A DNA stretch of 64,000 bases, taken from positions 192,001 to 256,000 of IMG/VR virus record IMGVR_UViG_3300045988_170943, one strand, 5' to 3'. Each line of letters starts with the position of its first letter. Position 1 is the stretch's first letter. The translations under genes were made by a program, and so were the position numbers. Source of the DNA: a virus. The notes under the pieces are model-generated. The model saw only the letters and a program-made list of their open reading frames with translations, searched no databases and was not told the DNA's origin. Positions 9,041 through 18,764 of this stretch are shown in pieces.

Positions 9041-10570
9041 GTGAGGTTCTACGATACAGTGACTAGGTACAGGTTCGCCACTGATAATGGGGTTGACGTG
9101 GAGCAGGTCAGTCGTGATCTGACCCGGATGGTTACTTGGATGGCTCAGTCGGAGCGGGAGGTGCTTGCCAGTTCAGAGTTTCACGACCTGGCAGTGAAAG
9201 TTCTACGGGGTGGCAGGCCGACCGGTTCTCTGAACTCCTGGGGTCGTAAACGCCTTAGTCGTTACGACTTTGAGTTTCAGAAACACAACATGAATGAGAT
9301 GCTGGTCTCAAACGTGGTGAGTACTCTGGAACTGTACACCATGAGTGTCGGCCTGTTTCAGGTGATGAGCACTCATTCTAAGGAGACCAGGCCAGAGAGA
9401 ATCCTCTCTTATTACAGGGGCACTTATCCTGGTGCTCCGCAGCCGACTAGCGGCATGGTTCGTGCTCACTTGAGGCGCTACCACCTTAAAGGAGACAGGA
9501 AGGCGTCACTTCCTGGAGTTAGTGCCAAATTGAACCTGGCGGTATGCGATACCTACTTTGCTCCTAAGGCGTTTAGAGGTGATAGTGATCCACTAGACGT
9601 TGTTGTTCAGGTGAAGATACCCAGTCACGGCCTCACAAAACTCTACTTTAGGCTTCCAGATAATGAGTTACGTTTTAGCGAAGGCAAGGTTTGCCGCCCA
9701 ACCATCCGCCTGAACAACAAAGGCCAGGTTGTCTTTGACCTCGCTATCGAGCACGAAGCGCAGCAGCGAGACACGAACAAGGTCGTTGGCGTTGATTTGG
9801 GTAAGGTCGAGCCTTTTGTCGCTACAGTCATTGACCCTAGGGCGAAGCACAGGTCTACTCCGTATCACGCTAACTATAAGAGACGGCTTGGATCGCTAGT
9901 CAAGAAAGAACAGCAGCGTCGCACTTTAGCCACTCATCTGTACGAGCGAGCGAATCTCTGCGAGAAGCACAGTCGAGATCAGCACGCTCTGGTTCTCAGG
10001 ACTGAGGCGAAGCGCGTCAGTGCCAAGGCCACTCGTATCAAGCATGAGATTAGCCAGTGCATCGCCAGTCAGATCGTCTCTGTGGCTGACAAGAATAATG
10101 CTCATGTTTCTCTGGAGAACCTGTCCTGGCTGGACGCCAAGGGCGGTCGCTGGCCTCACGCCGAGATACAGCACAGGATCGAAAGCACCGCTAAGCGTTA
10201 TGGCCTGAAGGTAGTCAGGGTGAGCGCCAAGGACACCTCTAGGACCTGCTCTCGTTGCGGCGGCAAGGTATCCAACAACGCGAAGAGCAGGGTCGGTACC
10301 TGTAGCGTCTGCGGTTTCTCACTGAATCGTGATGTGAGTGCCAGTCGTGAGATTGCCTTGCGTGCTGTCTCGAACGCGAGAAACCGTGATAGGATGCGTT
10401 CTCTGCTTCGCCAGAGGGCGCTAGAGCGAAGTTCGACTGTTACGCGACAGTCGAAACCGGTCACTGCCCTGAGTGGAATCCAGGGACACACCGGTACCTC
10501 CAACAATCGTTTGGAGGCGACGCTGATGATGGTGAGAGAGAATCTAGACTCTAGAGGATCCCCAACCTAG
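9041..10570 (+). CDS. tnpB: TnpB (OrfB) RuvC-like RNA-guided endonuclease/transposase accessory protein.
   Basis: GTG start with RBS GGGAGGTG. RuvC-I VVGVDLGKVEPFVATV. RuvC-II E in SLENLSWL. Zn finger CSRCG...CSVCG. RuvC-III NRDVSASREIA. Confidence 0.85.
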   Translation: MRFYDTVTRYRFATDNGVDVEQVSRDLTRMVTWMAQSEREVLASSEFHDLAVKVLRGGRPTGSLNSWGRKRLSRYDFEFQKHNMNEMLVSNVVSTLELYTMSVGLFQVMSTHSKETRPERILSYYRGTYPGAPQPTSGMVRAHLRRYHLKGDRKASLPGVSAKLNLAVCDTYFAPKAFRGDSDPLDVVVQVKIPSHGLTKLYFRLPDNELRFSEGKVCRPTIRLNNKGQVVFDLAIEHEAQQRDTNKVVGVDLGKVEPFVATVIDPRAKHRSTPYHANYKRRLGSLVKKEQQRRTLATHLYERANLCEKHSRDQHALVLRTEAKRVSAKATRIKHEISQCIASQIVSVADKNNAHVSLENLSWLDAKGGRWPHAEIQHRIESTAKRYGLKVVRVSAKDTSRTCSRCGGKVSNNAKSRVGTCSVCGFSLNRDVSASREIALRAVSNARNRDRMRSLLRQRALERSSTVTRQSKPVTALSGIQGHTGTSNNRLEATLMMVRENLDSRGSPT

Positions 10571-10745
10571 TCAGCGAGTGTATACCCTGCCATCCATCAA
10601 TGCCAACCAGAAAGATGTTTACTACGTCACACTCACACTTGTGTCCACGCATATACAAGCGATTCCCCGGAGCGGGGCTACCCCAGGGAGTCACGTTCAG
10701 GCAACTTGTGAGGTGACACATCTCACGATCTGCCTTGCAAGTTGC
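10440..10745 (+). ncRNA. Candidate omega RNA (reRNA) region, spanning the 3' end of tnpB and the right end of the element.
   Basis: Inferred only from the known architecture of TnpB elements. No structure was verified. Confidence 0.2.
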
Positions 10746-10751
10746 GTGTGA

Positions 10752-11492
10752 TCAGTCGTGCACGATCTCGTTGACCATGTGGCTGACTGCCGCGTGGGTG
10801 TCAGCGTTGGGGTCTACGAGGATTCGCCAGTTCGCGCACTCCAGCAGGGGGACGTCGCTGCGGGTGTCACCAAACGCTACAACTGAGGGGTAGCGTTCCA
10901 GGTGCAGTCCCTTCAGGTAGGTCCGCTTGGACTCGCTGGTGAACATGCCGCGGTACTCGCCGGTGAAGCGACCCTGGGAGTCTGTGAGATACCTGGTGGC
11001 GGCGGTGTCGAACCCGAACCGTGTACCGAGTTTGTCTACGAGGAACGAGGGGGAACCGCTGACGAGGACTACTCTGGTGCCTCGGCTTCGCATGAGGCGG
11101 AGCCTGTATAGTGTGGTGTAGAAGTTGGCGGGGTTGCTGGCAATGAACTTGACATACTTGTCGGCCATGATGTCGGCCTCCGTCTTGCCGATGATGGCTT
11201 CACGGTATGCCTCAGCGAGGGCCTGGATCAGGGTCTCGTTCTTCTGGTCTCGCCGCCACCGGTCTGGCAGGTCACCCAGGTCAAGGATGTTGGAGTCGTG
11301 AAGCAGGCATGCGTGCCTCAGAACGAGAGATCCTTTGATGATGGTCCCATCCACATCGGATAGGGCGATTCCGTTTGCGCGGCTGGTGCGCGGGCGTGTC
11401 GGGCGGCCAACGTTCCTCATGTTTTGGTTTTTCTTCGCGTATTTACTTGCATATTTTGGCATGGTGCGAACCATATCACGGGCTCTTAGCAC
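10752..11492 (-). CDS. HAD-superfamily hydrolase (HAD-IB / phosphoserine-phosphatase-like). The true start is probably the internal ATG near 11420.
   Basis: DVDGTI (DxDGT motif I) and GDTRSDVPLL (motif IV GDxxxD). Confidence 0.6.
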   Translation of the reverse strand: MLRARDMVRTMPKYASKYAKKNQNMRNVGRPTRPRTSRANGIALSDVDGTIIKGSLVLRHACLLHDSNILDLGDLPDRWRRDQKNETLIQALAEAYREAIIGKTEADIMADKYVKFIASNPANFYTTLYRLRLMRSRGTRVVLVSGSPSFLVDKLGTRFGFDTAATRYLTDSQGRFTGEYRGMFTSESKRTYLKGLHLERYPSVVAFGDTRSDVPLLECANWRILVDPNADTHAAVSHMVNEIVHD

Positions 11493-11579
11493 GTGTCAAG
11501 GTGATGTGCGTCTCATGCTCATGCGCTATGTCGGCGGACTAGCCCACACCAGGGTGCGTGACTACTATTTACGCTAGGT

Positions 11580-11735
11580 TTCTGCGTGACTTTTCCACTA
11601 AAGTAGCGTCATTGAATACTGTTTGTGGGTGCGTCCATCTCACGTTTTAGGTTATTGATATTTGTGCCGTTTACTGAAACGAGATAAGCGCTCTGTATTT
11701 TATGGGCGCTTTCCAGTAAAAGGGATTTATGCAGT
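11580..11735 (+). promoter_or_regulatory. AT-rich intergenic region likely holding the promoter for the secreted beta-helix gene.
   Basis: A marked AT-rich stretch (ttattgatatttgtgccgtttactgaaacgagataagc) in otherwise GC-rich DNA. Confidence 0.35.
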
Positions 11736-14273
11736 ATGAACAAAGGTGTCTACAAAACCGCGGTAGGGATCATAGCCGCAGCATCCACAATAATCACTGG
11801 TCTCACAGCACTGTCGCCAACGGCACAGGGTGAACCCACCCAGCAAATCCACGTATCCGCATCCAGAGGGAACGACGCTGGGGACGGCAGCCAGACCTAC
11901 CCATACAGGACGATCCGCACCGCCCTGAAAACAGCCAAGGATGGTGCTGACATCACTGTGGAGGGAGGAACCTACCGTGAGGGTGAGTTGTGGGCGACCA
12001 AGACTGTGAACCTGCACGCGAAGGCCGGTGAGCAGGCGGTCCTGTCCGGCGCGGAGGTGCCCACCAACTGGGTGCAGGACGGCCGCACCTACAGGGCCGA
12101 CAATCAGGTGAGACACTGCACCGTGTGCACAGTGAACTCAGACCCAAGGAGAGAAGGTCTGGCCGCGCACCCTGAGCAGGTTTACGTGGATGGCAAACCC
12201 CTCCGCCAGGTGCTTTCACTGGGAGAGGTGGACGCTGGGTCATTCTATGTGGCCGACAGTGATCCAATCACCACGAAGACCCCGAACAACAACACGTCCG
12301 GTTATAACGTGAAACCGCATCGTGGCACCAGCGTCCACATCGGCGTCAACCCGGCGGGGCACACGGTGGAAGTCGTATCTCACTCGCGTGCCCTGACCAT
12401 CACTGGCAACGACGTAGAACTATCTGGGTTCAGGGTAGAGAAGTATGCACCCCTCCAGTCGTGGAACTACCGCGACCCAGAGATCGATTCCCTTGTGGGT
12501 GGAGCCATGGTGTTTGTTGTTGGTCAGCGTAACCACATCCACGACAACACGTTCACCCAGTCCACTGCCGCGACCGCCTTAGCACTGAGTTCATCGAACG
12601 GCTCCAACGTGCACCACAACCAGTTCACAGGTAACGGTGGCGGAGGATTTGGCATCAACCGCGCCAGTGACGTCACTGTTGAATACAACACGTGGTCAAG
12701 CAACAACCAGGCCGGGTTCATCACCTCAAACTGCGGAGCATACTGCACCCTGGGGGACACGAAGATCACCCACTCTGAACGGATCCGGTACGCCTACAAC
12801 ACACACGACTACTCCAGTGTCGGCTATGACAACTCTGACCCGAACGTGAACTCACCGTACAGGCTCAACGGGGTCTGGTTCGACGAAGGCGTCATGAACT
12901 CTGCCATAGTCAACAACTTCTTCACCAATGTTGGGCGGGCCGCCATCATGGATGAGGTGTCCAGCCATAACGTGATCGCCTCCAACATTATCGAGTCTTC
13001 CAACATGGGTGTGCTCATTTCAGGTAGCGACAGGGACGACCTCTACAACAACACCATTGACGGCACCTTGGACCCTATAGTGATCCAGGAGGACGACCGC
13101 ACAAAGGGCTGCAACGCCCGCAACACTGACGGATCCTGCCAGTACCCGGAGTCATGGTCCGTTGGGAAGGGGCTGTCTTGGGACACGACCGACACCAAGG
13201 TCTACAACAACATCATCTCCAACAAGCAGACGAAGCAACTCTCCTGGGACAAGTGGCGTCACCTGCTCATGCTCAGAGTCACCGGACACACTAACTGGGA
13301 TGGCTCCAAGATCTACGCGAACCAGATGATCTCCGGGATCGACAACAATACTTATGTTCGCGCCAGCACCCAGAGCGAGCCGTACACGCTGCACTGGCAC
13401 TACGCCCCAGGTAACGGCAATAGCGTCAGTTTCAACGCCCAAAAGGTCAGTGACTTCACCAGCAACTCGAACGTCACCAAAACCATTGACGGCCGGGAGG
13501 CGCACGCTAGCGACATCATGAGGGCGCGTGGCGGCAGCGGCTTCTACCGAAACCAGGCGAGAAACATCACCGACTACAAGAGCAGCGACTACCGGCTGGC
13601 AGACAGGACTCAGGTGCGCACTGGCCGTGGGCTCCCACCCCATGTAGCCAAGGCCATCGACCCCACCGGAAGAGCCCTGAAACCAAATGCGGTGGTGGAC
13701 CGTGGCGCATTACTGAACTACTACCAGGGGTTCGCATCCACCAGTAGTAACGCCCGCACCAGTGACGTCAAGGCTCTACCCAATGGAGACCAGGACACAT
13801 CAGAGGGCGGGCAGTCGGCAGCACCCAGCAAGCCGACCACGGAGAAGCCCGCTAGCCCAACACCCTCAAGGAACCCTCAAGCGGAGCGCACCAACTACCT
13901 GAAGACCCACCCGCGCCGCGACCAGTTGAGGCAGGGAGCCCAGATCCGGCTTGCGCCAGACTACAGCACCCACGCAAAAAAGGTGGGTGAGCGCATGTAC
14001 TACACTCTCACCATCAAGAACACTGGGCAGCCAGCAGCGTTCACCTACACGAGCGGAGACCTGACTGACAAGCGATCTAAAGCCAGGTGGGGTTACGTGG
14101 GTACCGGAGAGACGAAGACACTAGCCGGGGTGCTTTATCATACAGTCACACAGGCAGACATTGACAGGGGCTACTATTCGCCTGAGGTTACGTTCACCAG
14201 GTATGGCACATGGTACAGGTGGGGTCAGGGTACGTACACGGTGAGAGGTGACGTCTGGGAGGTCGGCAAGTAG
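11736..14273 (+). CDS. Secreted right-handed parallel beta-helix protein (pectate-lyase-like / polysaccharide depolymerase-like). It has a C-terminal DUF11-like beta domain.
   Basis: Signal peptide ending in AQG. Repeated PbH1-type motifs NHIHDNTF, NVHHNQF, and repeats rich in N-x-I/V-x-N. C-terminal LTIKNTG motif. Confidence 0.6.
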   Translation: MNKGVYKTAVGIIAAASTIITGLTALSPTAQGEPTQQIHVSASRGNDAGDGSQTYPYRTIRTALKTAKDGADITVEGGTYREGELWATKTVNLHAKAGEQAVLSGAEVPTNWVQDGRTYRADNQVRHCTVCTVNSDPRREGLAAHPEQVYVDGKPLRQVLSLGEVDAGSFYVADSDPITTKTPNNNTSGYNVKPHRGTSVHIGVNPAGHTVEVVSHSRALTITGNDVELSGFRVEKYAPLQSWNYRDPEIDSLVGGAMVFVVGQRNHIHDNTFTQSTAATALALSSSNGSNVHHNQFTGNGGGGFGINRASDVTVEYNTWSSNNQAGFITSNCGAYCTLGDTKITHSERIRYAYNTHDYSSVGYDNSDPNVNSPYRLNGVWFDEGVMNSAIVNNFFTNVGRAAIMDEVSSHNVIASNIIESSNMGVLISGSDRDDLYNNTIDGTLDPIVIQEDDRTKGCNARNTDGSCQYPESWSVGKGLSWDTTDTKVYNNIISNKQTKQLSWDKWRHLLMLRVTGHTNWDGSKIYANQMISGIDNNTYVRASTQSEPYTLHWHYAPGNGNSVSFNAQKVSDFTSNSNVTKTIDGREAHASDIMRARGGSGFYRNQARNITDYKSSDYRLADRTQVRTGRGLPPHVAKAIDPTGRALKPNAVVDRGALLNYYQGFASTSSNARTSDVKALPNGDQDTSEGGQSAAPSKPTTEKPASPTPSRNPQAERTNYLKTHPRRDQLRQGAQIRLAPDYSTHAKKVGERMYYTLTIKNTGQPAAFTYTSGDLTDKRSKARWGYVGTGETKTLAGVLYHTVTQADIDRGYYSPEVTFTRYGTWYRWGQGTYTVRGDVWEVGK

Positions 14274-14299
14274 GGTCCAGTAACCTGGCCGTGTACCCC

Positions 14300-14710
14300 T
14301 TATCGGGCGGCTGGCTCATCTTTCCTGACCCACCACGCCGCAGCCAGGCCGCCGAGCACTAGCAGTGGGGGCAGCACCCACAGGAGTGTGTTAGCGACAC
14401 TGAACGACACCCGGAACAGTCCTGGAGCGCCCAGGAGGAATAGGCCGATTAGGGTGACCCACACGATAGATAGTGGGAGCCTGCTGCCGCCCTCCTTTAG
14501 CCTGCTGGTGATGACGAACCCGGAACCGATCACACCGGCGAGGATGGCGATCACGAACACGGAGGCGAGCAGGAACGCCAGCAACTTGGAGGCGAGCCCG
14601 ATTAGTGCTATCGCAACGGTCGCCAGAGGGATGAAGGCAACCAGGATCAGCAGAACCTTGAACAGGGTGCTCATGGGGCTCCCTTTGGTGTAAGAGTTGA
14701 GGAACTTCAT
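14300..14710 (-). CDS. Small polytopic membrane protein with 3-4 TM helices.
   Basis: Hydrophobic segments LLILVAFIPLATVAIALIGL, VFVIAILAGVIGSGFVI, WVTLIGLFLLGAPGLF. Confidence 0.5.
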   Translation of the reverse strand: MKFLNSYTKGSPMSTLFKVLLILVAFIPLATVAIALIGLASKLLAFLLASVFVIAILAGVIGSGFVITSRLKEGGSRLPLSIVWVTLIGLFLLGAPGLFRVSFSVANTLLWVLPPLLVLGGLAAAWWVRKDEPAAR

Positions 14711-14850
14711 GTGTGCGTCTCCGTCTTCGAAAACAGGGGTGGGTGTTTGTTACGCCGCCATGCTACCCAGTAAGATCAACCACACCTGGGCTGTGAGTCA
14801 ACGCTGGCCTGCTGGCGAGTGTGCAATGCGTCACCCCGTGTCGGCTCTTC

Positions 14851-14880
14851 TTGACACCTCCTGCTAGCCTCCCCTATAAT
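14851..14880 (+). promoter_or_regulatory. Near-consensus sigma70-type promoter. TTGACA is followed by an 18-nt spacer and then TATAAT.
   Basis: TTGACA at 14851-14856 and TATAAT at 14875-14880, about 50 nt upstream of the 14930 start. Confidence 0.6.
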
Positions 14881-14929
14881 GCCTGGCAGAAGTGTACTTG
14901 GCGTACAAATGAAAGAACAGGAATCTTAG

Positions 14930-16993
14930 ATGACGAAGGATAACTCCAACACTGCCAACAGTAAGGGCAACAACTATGAGGGTATCGACACTCATTTCCT
15001 GGAGCCTTACCTGGAGTTTGACGAGACAGTGCCTCTCCAGGAGTGGTACAAGACGTTGAAGGGGTTCATCAGGGCGCGCGGTGAGGACCCGGAGTATCAG
15101 GAGATGCTTCGCCAGCGTGACGAGTTGCGGGAGCGCATCTGGGGGCACAACAAGAGGATTGAGAAACTGCGGGACCCGAAAAAGCGCGACCCGCTGGTTG
15201 ACAACATGGAAGATGCGACCCAGGTGCAGATCCGGGACGCGATTCTTGAGGTGCGACCCGACTTTGAGGAATATGCGGCTCTGCGCAACCGAATCGACCA
15301 ATGGCGGGCACCTGCTGCTGCCGCAGCCCTCGTCGCCTCCCAGATCCGAGACAGGTTGGACAAGGATGCGGGCGTGTTCCTTGAGTATGATGATGACTCT
15401 ATCGGGGACCTTGTGACTATTGGCGAGTTCGAGATCGGCTCACCTGAGTGGCACGCTGCACGTAATGTGGGTGTGGGAGGATCTGACGTGGGTCGTATCT
15501 TGAAGGCTGGTGACCCGGAGTACGTCAACGAGGAGTACAGGGCGTTCCTGACCGAGAAGGCTGGGGTGGCTGAGGTAGAGGAGCATGACCGGTACGACTT
15601 CACTACCGCCATCGGCCGTGGATGCTCGTGGGAGGAGTATATTCGGCAGATGTTCACCGACATGCACCCAGAACTGAACGTGGCGTTCTGCAAGACGTCC
15701 TGGGCTGGGGCTGGCTTGGACGCCTACCGGCATGCGAACTTTGACGGCCTGCTGCTGAATGATGACGGTACCCCTGAGGGTGTCCTGGAGATCAAGACCG
15801 GCACCGTGGACCCCAGAAAGTGGGGGCCGTCCGGCGACCTGGATGTGCGCGACTACTACTCGCCGCTTCGTGAGGGTCCCATCAACACTGACATGTGGCA
15901 TAGTGACACCCCTTGGGATTGTCCGTTCATCCCCGCCCAATACCTGCTACAGGTCCTCTGGTACGCGGTGAACGCTGGCCTCAAGTACGGGATCCTGTTC
16001 GCTGTGCTTGACGACCATGATGTGCGTGAATACCGGATCGATGTAGCGAAGTTCAGTAAGTTCTTCCACTGGGTTGATCAAGAAGTCGAGAAGGCTTGGG
16101 CTAAGGTCGAGAAGTACCAGGAGAAGATCGCGGAAGGTAAGAACCCGTTCCCTCAGCCACGGAAGGGGTTTGCGAGGAAAACCAGTGTCAGTTCTGTCAG
16201 CAAGTGGCTCAGCCCCTACCTGGACATTGACGTCAAGGACGCTGGGGCCATCATCAGGGACTTCCATATGGATCTTGACCCTTACCGGCTGGCACTGGCG
16301 AGTGAGAAGACCGGTAACGATGACGACTTTGGGTGCGACTACCACCCCTATAACGACCTGTTCTTCAAGTACACCGAGATGTACCGGGAGCGCCCGTTCA
16401 TAGGTATCGACCTGGAGACGAACCACCTGGCAACAAAGTTTGGTCGCATCATCGAGACCGGCGTTGTCAGCCTGGACAAACGCGGGAAGATTGAGGTCCT
16501 TGTTGACCAGTTGCATGGAGTGCCGGACCTGACCCTGGCTGGTGTCTCCACCGGTATGGTTGACGTACACCGCATCACCCCAGAGATGTTGAAGGATAAG
16601 CCACCGTTCGAGGAGCCCCAGTTCCAGAAGGATCTACTGGATATGCTCACTAGTGGCGTCATGGTTGCCCACAACGCTGGTTTTGAGAAACAGTGGCTCG
16701 CCGTGAACCTGAAGGGCTTCGCCGAAGCAATGGACAAGGACGGCATCAGGGTCCTTGACACTAGGATGCTCACATGGAAGTTCATGATGGATGCACCAGA
16801 CAACACCCTGGAGTCATTCGCCGAGTACAACGGTATCCCATATGAGGGGGCTCACGCCGCCACCCAGGACACGATCATCATGATGCGCGCCCTGTGGCGG
16901 TTCATGACTTGCGTGCGCGAGAACGGCAGGTTCATCACGCTACGTCCGACTGATGAGCAGAGGAAGAAAGAAGCCGCCCAGGTCACCCGGTAG
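14930..16993 (+). CDS. Fusion protein. The N-terminal half is a YqaJ/lambda-exonuclease-type PD-(D/E)xK recombination exonuclease. The C-terminal half is a DnaQ-like DEDDh 3'-5' exonuclease.
   Basis: N-terminal half: GGSDVGRIL (YqaJ signature), DGLL...LEIKTG, QVLWY. C-terminal half: IGIDLETN (Exo I DxE), AHNAGFEKQWL (Exo II), HAATQDT (Exo III H-x4-D). Confidence 0.7.
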   Translation: MTKDNSNTANSKGNNYEGIDTHFLEPYLEFDETVPLQEWYKTLKGFIRARGEDPEYQEMLRQRDELRERIWGHNKRIEKLRDPKKRDPLVDNMEDATQVQIRDAILEVRPDFEEYAALRNRIDQWRAPAAAAALVASQIRDRLDKDAGVFLEYDDDSIGDLVTIGEFEIGSPEWHAARNVGVGGSDVGRILKAGDPEYVNEEYRAFLTEKAGVAEVEEHDRYDFTTAIGRGCSWEEYIRQMFTDMHPELNVAFCKTSWAGAGLDAYRHANFDGLLLNDDGTPEGVLEIKTGTVDPRKWGPSGDLDVRDYYSPLREGPINTDMWHSDTPWDCPFIPAQYLLQVLWYAVNAGLKYGILFAVLDDHDVREYRIDVAKFSKFFHWVDQEVEKAWAKVEKYQEKIAEGKNPFPQPRKGFARKTSVSSVSKWLSPYLDIDVKDAGAIIRDFHMDLDPYRLALASEKTGNDDDFGCDYHPYNDLFFKYTEMYRERPFIGIDLETNHLATKFGRIIETGVVSLDKRGKIEVLVDQLHGVPDLTLAGVSTGMVDVHRITPEMLKDKPPFEEPQFQKDLLDMLTSGVMVAHNAGFEKQWLAVNLKGFAEAMDKDGIRVLDTRMLTWKFMMDAPDNTLESFAEYNGIPYEGAHAATQDTIIMMRALWRFMTCVRENGRFITLRPTDEQRKKEAAQVTR

Positions 16994-17097
16994 AGGAAGA
17001 GAACCTTTAGTGGCGGACGTCACTTGTACCCTGATTTTCTGTGGTGATATAGTCGCGTGCGAGCGTCGTCAAGCCCAATCTTGAAAAGGAGAAGAAA

Positions 17098-17476
17098 GAT
17101 GTCGCGCACCGACAAGGACGCCCCTAGCAGGGTGAAGATCGAGCAGATGGCTCGTCGAGGGGACCTTAGGGTTGAGCACTCGCACGGGAAGGATGAGCCG
17201 TGCCCTCTTGATCACATGACTCCTGGGGCTGGTGTGAACAGTTCTCGCTACGGGTGTTTCGTCCCTGTCTCTGAGTTCAGGAGGACGAACCTTATTGACG
17301 GTTGCGACTGCTACCAGGACACCAATAGGAGCATGAGTACGAGGCGTCAGGCTACCCTGAGGCGTGCCGCTGACGCCTACAACTCGGGCGATGATGACGA
17401 GTTTGACGCCCTGGTTGAGGACTACTCTATGGGGCGTGCTCCGCATGACTACCACTGCCCTTACCGTGGACACTGA
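17098..17476 (+). CDS. Small Cys-rich hypothetical protein of 126 aa.
   Basis: ATG with RBS AAGGAG. Contains Cys pairs (CPLDH, GCDCYQ, HCPY). Confidence 0.4.
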
Positions 17477-17493
17477 GGGTCATCATGTCATCG

Positions 17494-17546
17494 CTTCCTG
17501 AGGCTGCGTCGGAAGTTGCTCTAACATCCGACGCAGCCTCAGGAAG
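17494..17546 (+). promoter_or_regulatory. Perfect 20-bp inverted repeat (cttcctgaggctgcgtcgga / tccgacgcagcctcaggaag) with a 13-nt loop. It may be a terminator, attenuator or protein-binding palindrome.
   Basis: Read directly. Sits between the stop at 17476 and the next CDS. Confidence 0.55.
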
Positions 17547-17624
17547 TGCTAGTCGGTGGTCACAATTGACGCCTGAATGCAGCAGTCAACTGTCCAGACG
17601 GCAGGCTGAGGTTCTTCTAGGACG

Positions 17625-18227
17625 TTGTGGCGCACACATAGGGAGGGCAGAATCGTCGCCTATGGGCTCACTGGATCTACCCTGTACAACCTGCACACGC
17701 CATCCAGTGACCGGGATGCGACCATCATCACTGACGTCAAGTCAAGGAAGGATTGGCACCGCGTCTTTGATGACGGCGAGGACGTGCGTGTCGTGTCAGT
17801 CCACTCTTTCGCCAGCCGCATCCTGAACTCGCAGCCAACAGATGTTGACTTCCTGATGTCGGGGGCCCTCACCTTCGACACCTCACCTTACGAGACATAC
17901 CTCAGGTCGTTGCGTTTCGACGCGAACACCTACCTTGACAGGTGCGAATCGCACTCTATCGAATACATTAAGAAAGCGGCCGGTGACAAGAACGACAGAC
18001 GGAAGCACAAGAGCCTCAAGACGGCTTTCCGTAACGCGGTCCTGTTCAACCGGGTTCGACGCGACGGGACCAGGTATACGTCTTGGTTCAATGAGGAGCA
18101 ACGTATACGTTTCTATGATCATCTTGGTGGCATCTATACGAACTTTGAGGTGCACGGCAGAGGACAGCACTCGACCCATGTGTTCGAGATGCTTCTTGAG
18201 GTGGCGAAAGATGTTGACGGGGCGTAG
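17625..18227 (+). CDS. Minimal nucleotidyltransferase-fold protein (Pol-beta-like NTase, phage RlaP/PF10127-like).
   Basis: GLTGSTLYNLHTPSSDRD matches the G-S-x9-13-D-x-D NTase signature. The start may lie upstream. Confidence 0.45.
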   Translation: MWRTHREGRIVAYGLTGSTLYNLHTPSSDRDATIITDVKSRKDWHRVFDDGEDVRVVSVHSFASRILNSQPTDVDFLMSGALTFDTSPYETYLRSLRFDANTYLDRCESHSIEYIKKAAGDKNDRRKHKSLKTAFRNAVLFNRVRRDGTRYTSWFNEEQRIRFYDHLGGIYTNFEVHGRGQHSTHVFEMLLEVAKDVDGA

Positions 18228-18410
18228 TGGCCCCTTAACCAAGGAAGGTCAGCATAGGGTGTTGCGCTTGCGTCCTTAGCATCCGTGACCCTTGGGGCCA
18301 GTACGTGGCCGTGTATTTCGTGCTATTGACCTTACTTCAATATAGATATATCCTAGTGTTATCAATGAAGTCATAGGGTGAACCACGCCCGGAAAAATCC
18401 TAGGAGAATC

Positions 18411-18764
18411 ATGAGTAGAGTACACGTGCTTGCTGGGGCTTGCCTGATTGGACTGGCAGTAGGAGCCATAACCAGAGCCGTCATACCCAAAACCAGTGAT
18501 GCTGCGATCGTGGAGTCACCGTCGGGCGAGTTGCCCATGGTTTCGGATGCTTGTCAAGGTGGGGTGCTGATCTTTCGTAGTGAGGTTGATCACAATGGGG
18601 TCGCGTGGGCCGTGGAGTCGGCGGCCGTAGAAAACGGTTGTCTTTACCTGAAGGTTTCACCACGAATCCAGTATCCTGGGTGCGGTAACGTCATTCAGTG
18701 CGTCATTCCGGCGGACAGTAAGGTGCTGTGCCGTAAGCCCAAAGTGATCGTTGCCTTCCAGTAG
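18411..18764 (+). CDS. Small secreted or lipo-protein of 117 aa.
   Basis: RBS AGGAGA before the ATG. Signal-like MSRVHVLAGACLIGLAVGAITRA. Several Cys. Confidence 0.4.
   Translation: MSRVHVLAGACLIGLAVGAITRAVIPKTSDAAIVESPSGELPMVSDACQGGVLIFRSEVDHNGVAWAVESAAVENGCLYLKVSPRIQYPGCGNVIQCVIPADSKVLCRKPKVIVAFQ

Larger units (their letters stand above)
8950..10745 (+). mobile_element. Solo IS200/IS605-family (IS1341-like) TnpB element. No TnpA is present. GC is visibly lower than the flanks.
   Basis: Contains the tnpB CDS. Flanks are approximate because the terminal hairpins were not resolved. Confidence 0.55.
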
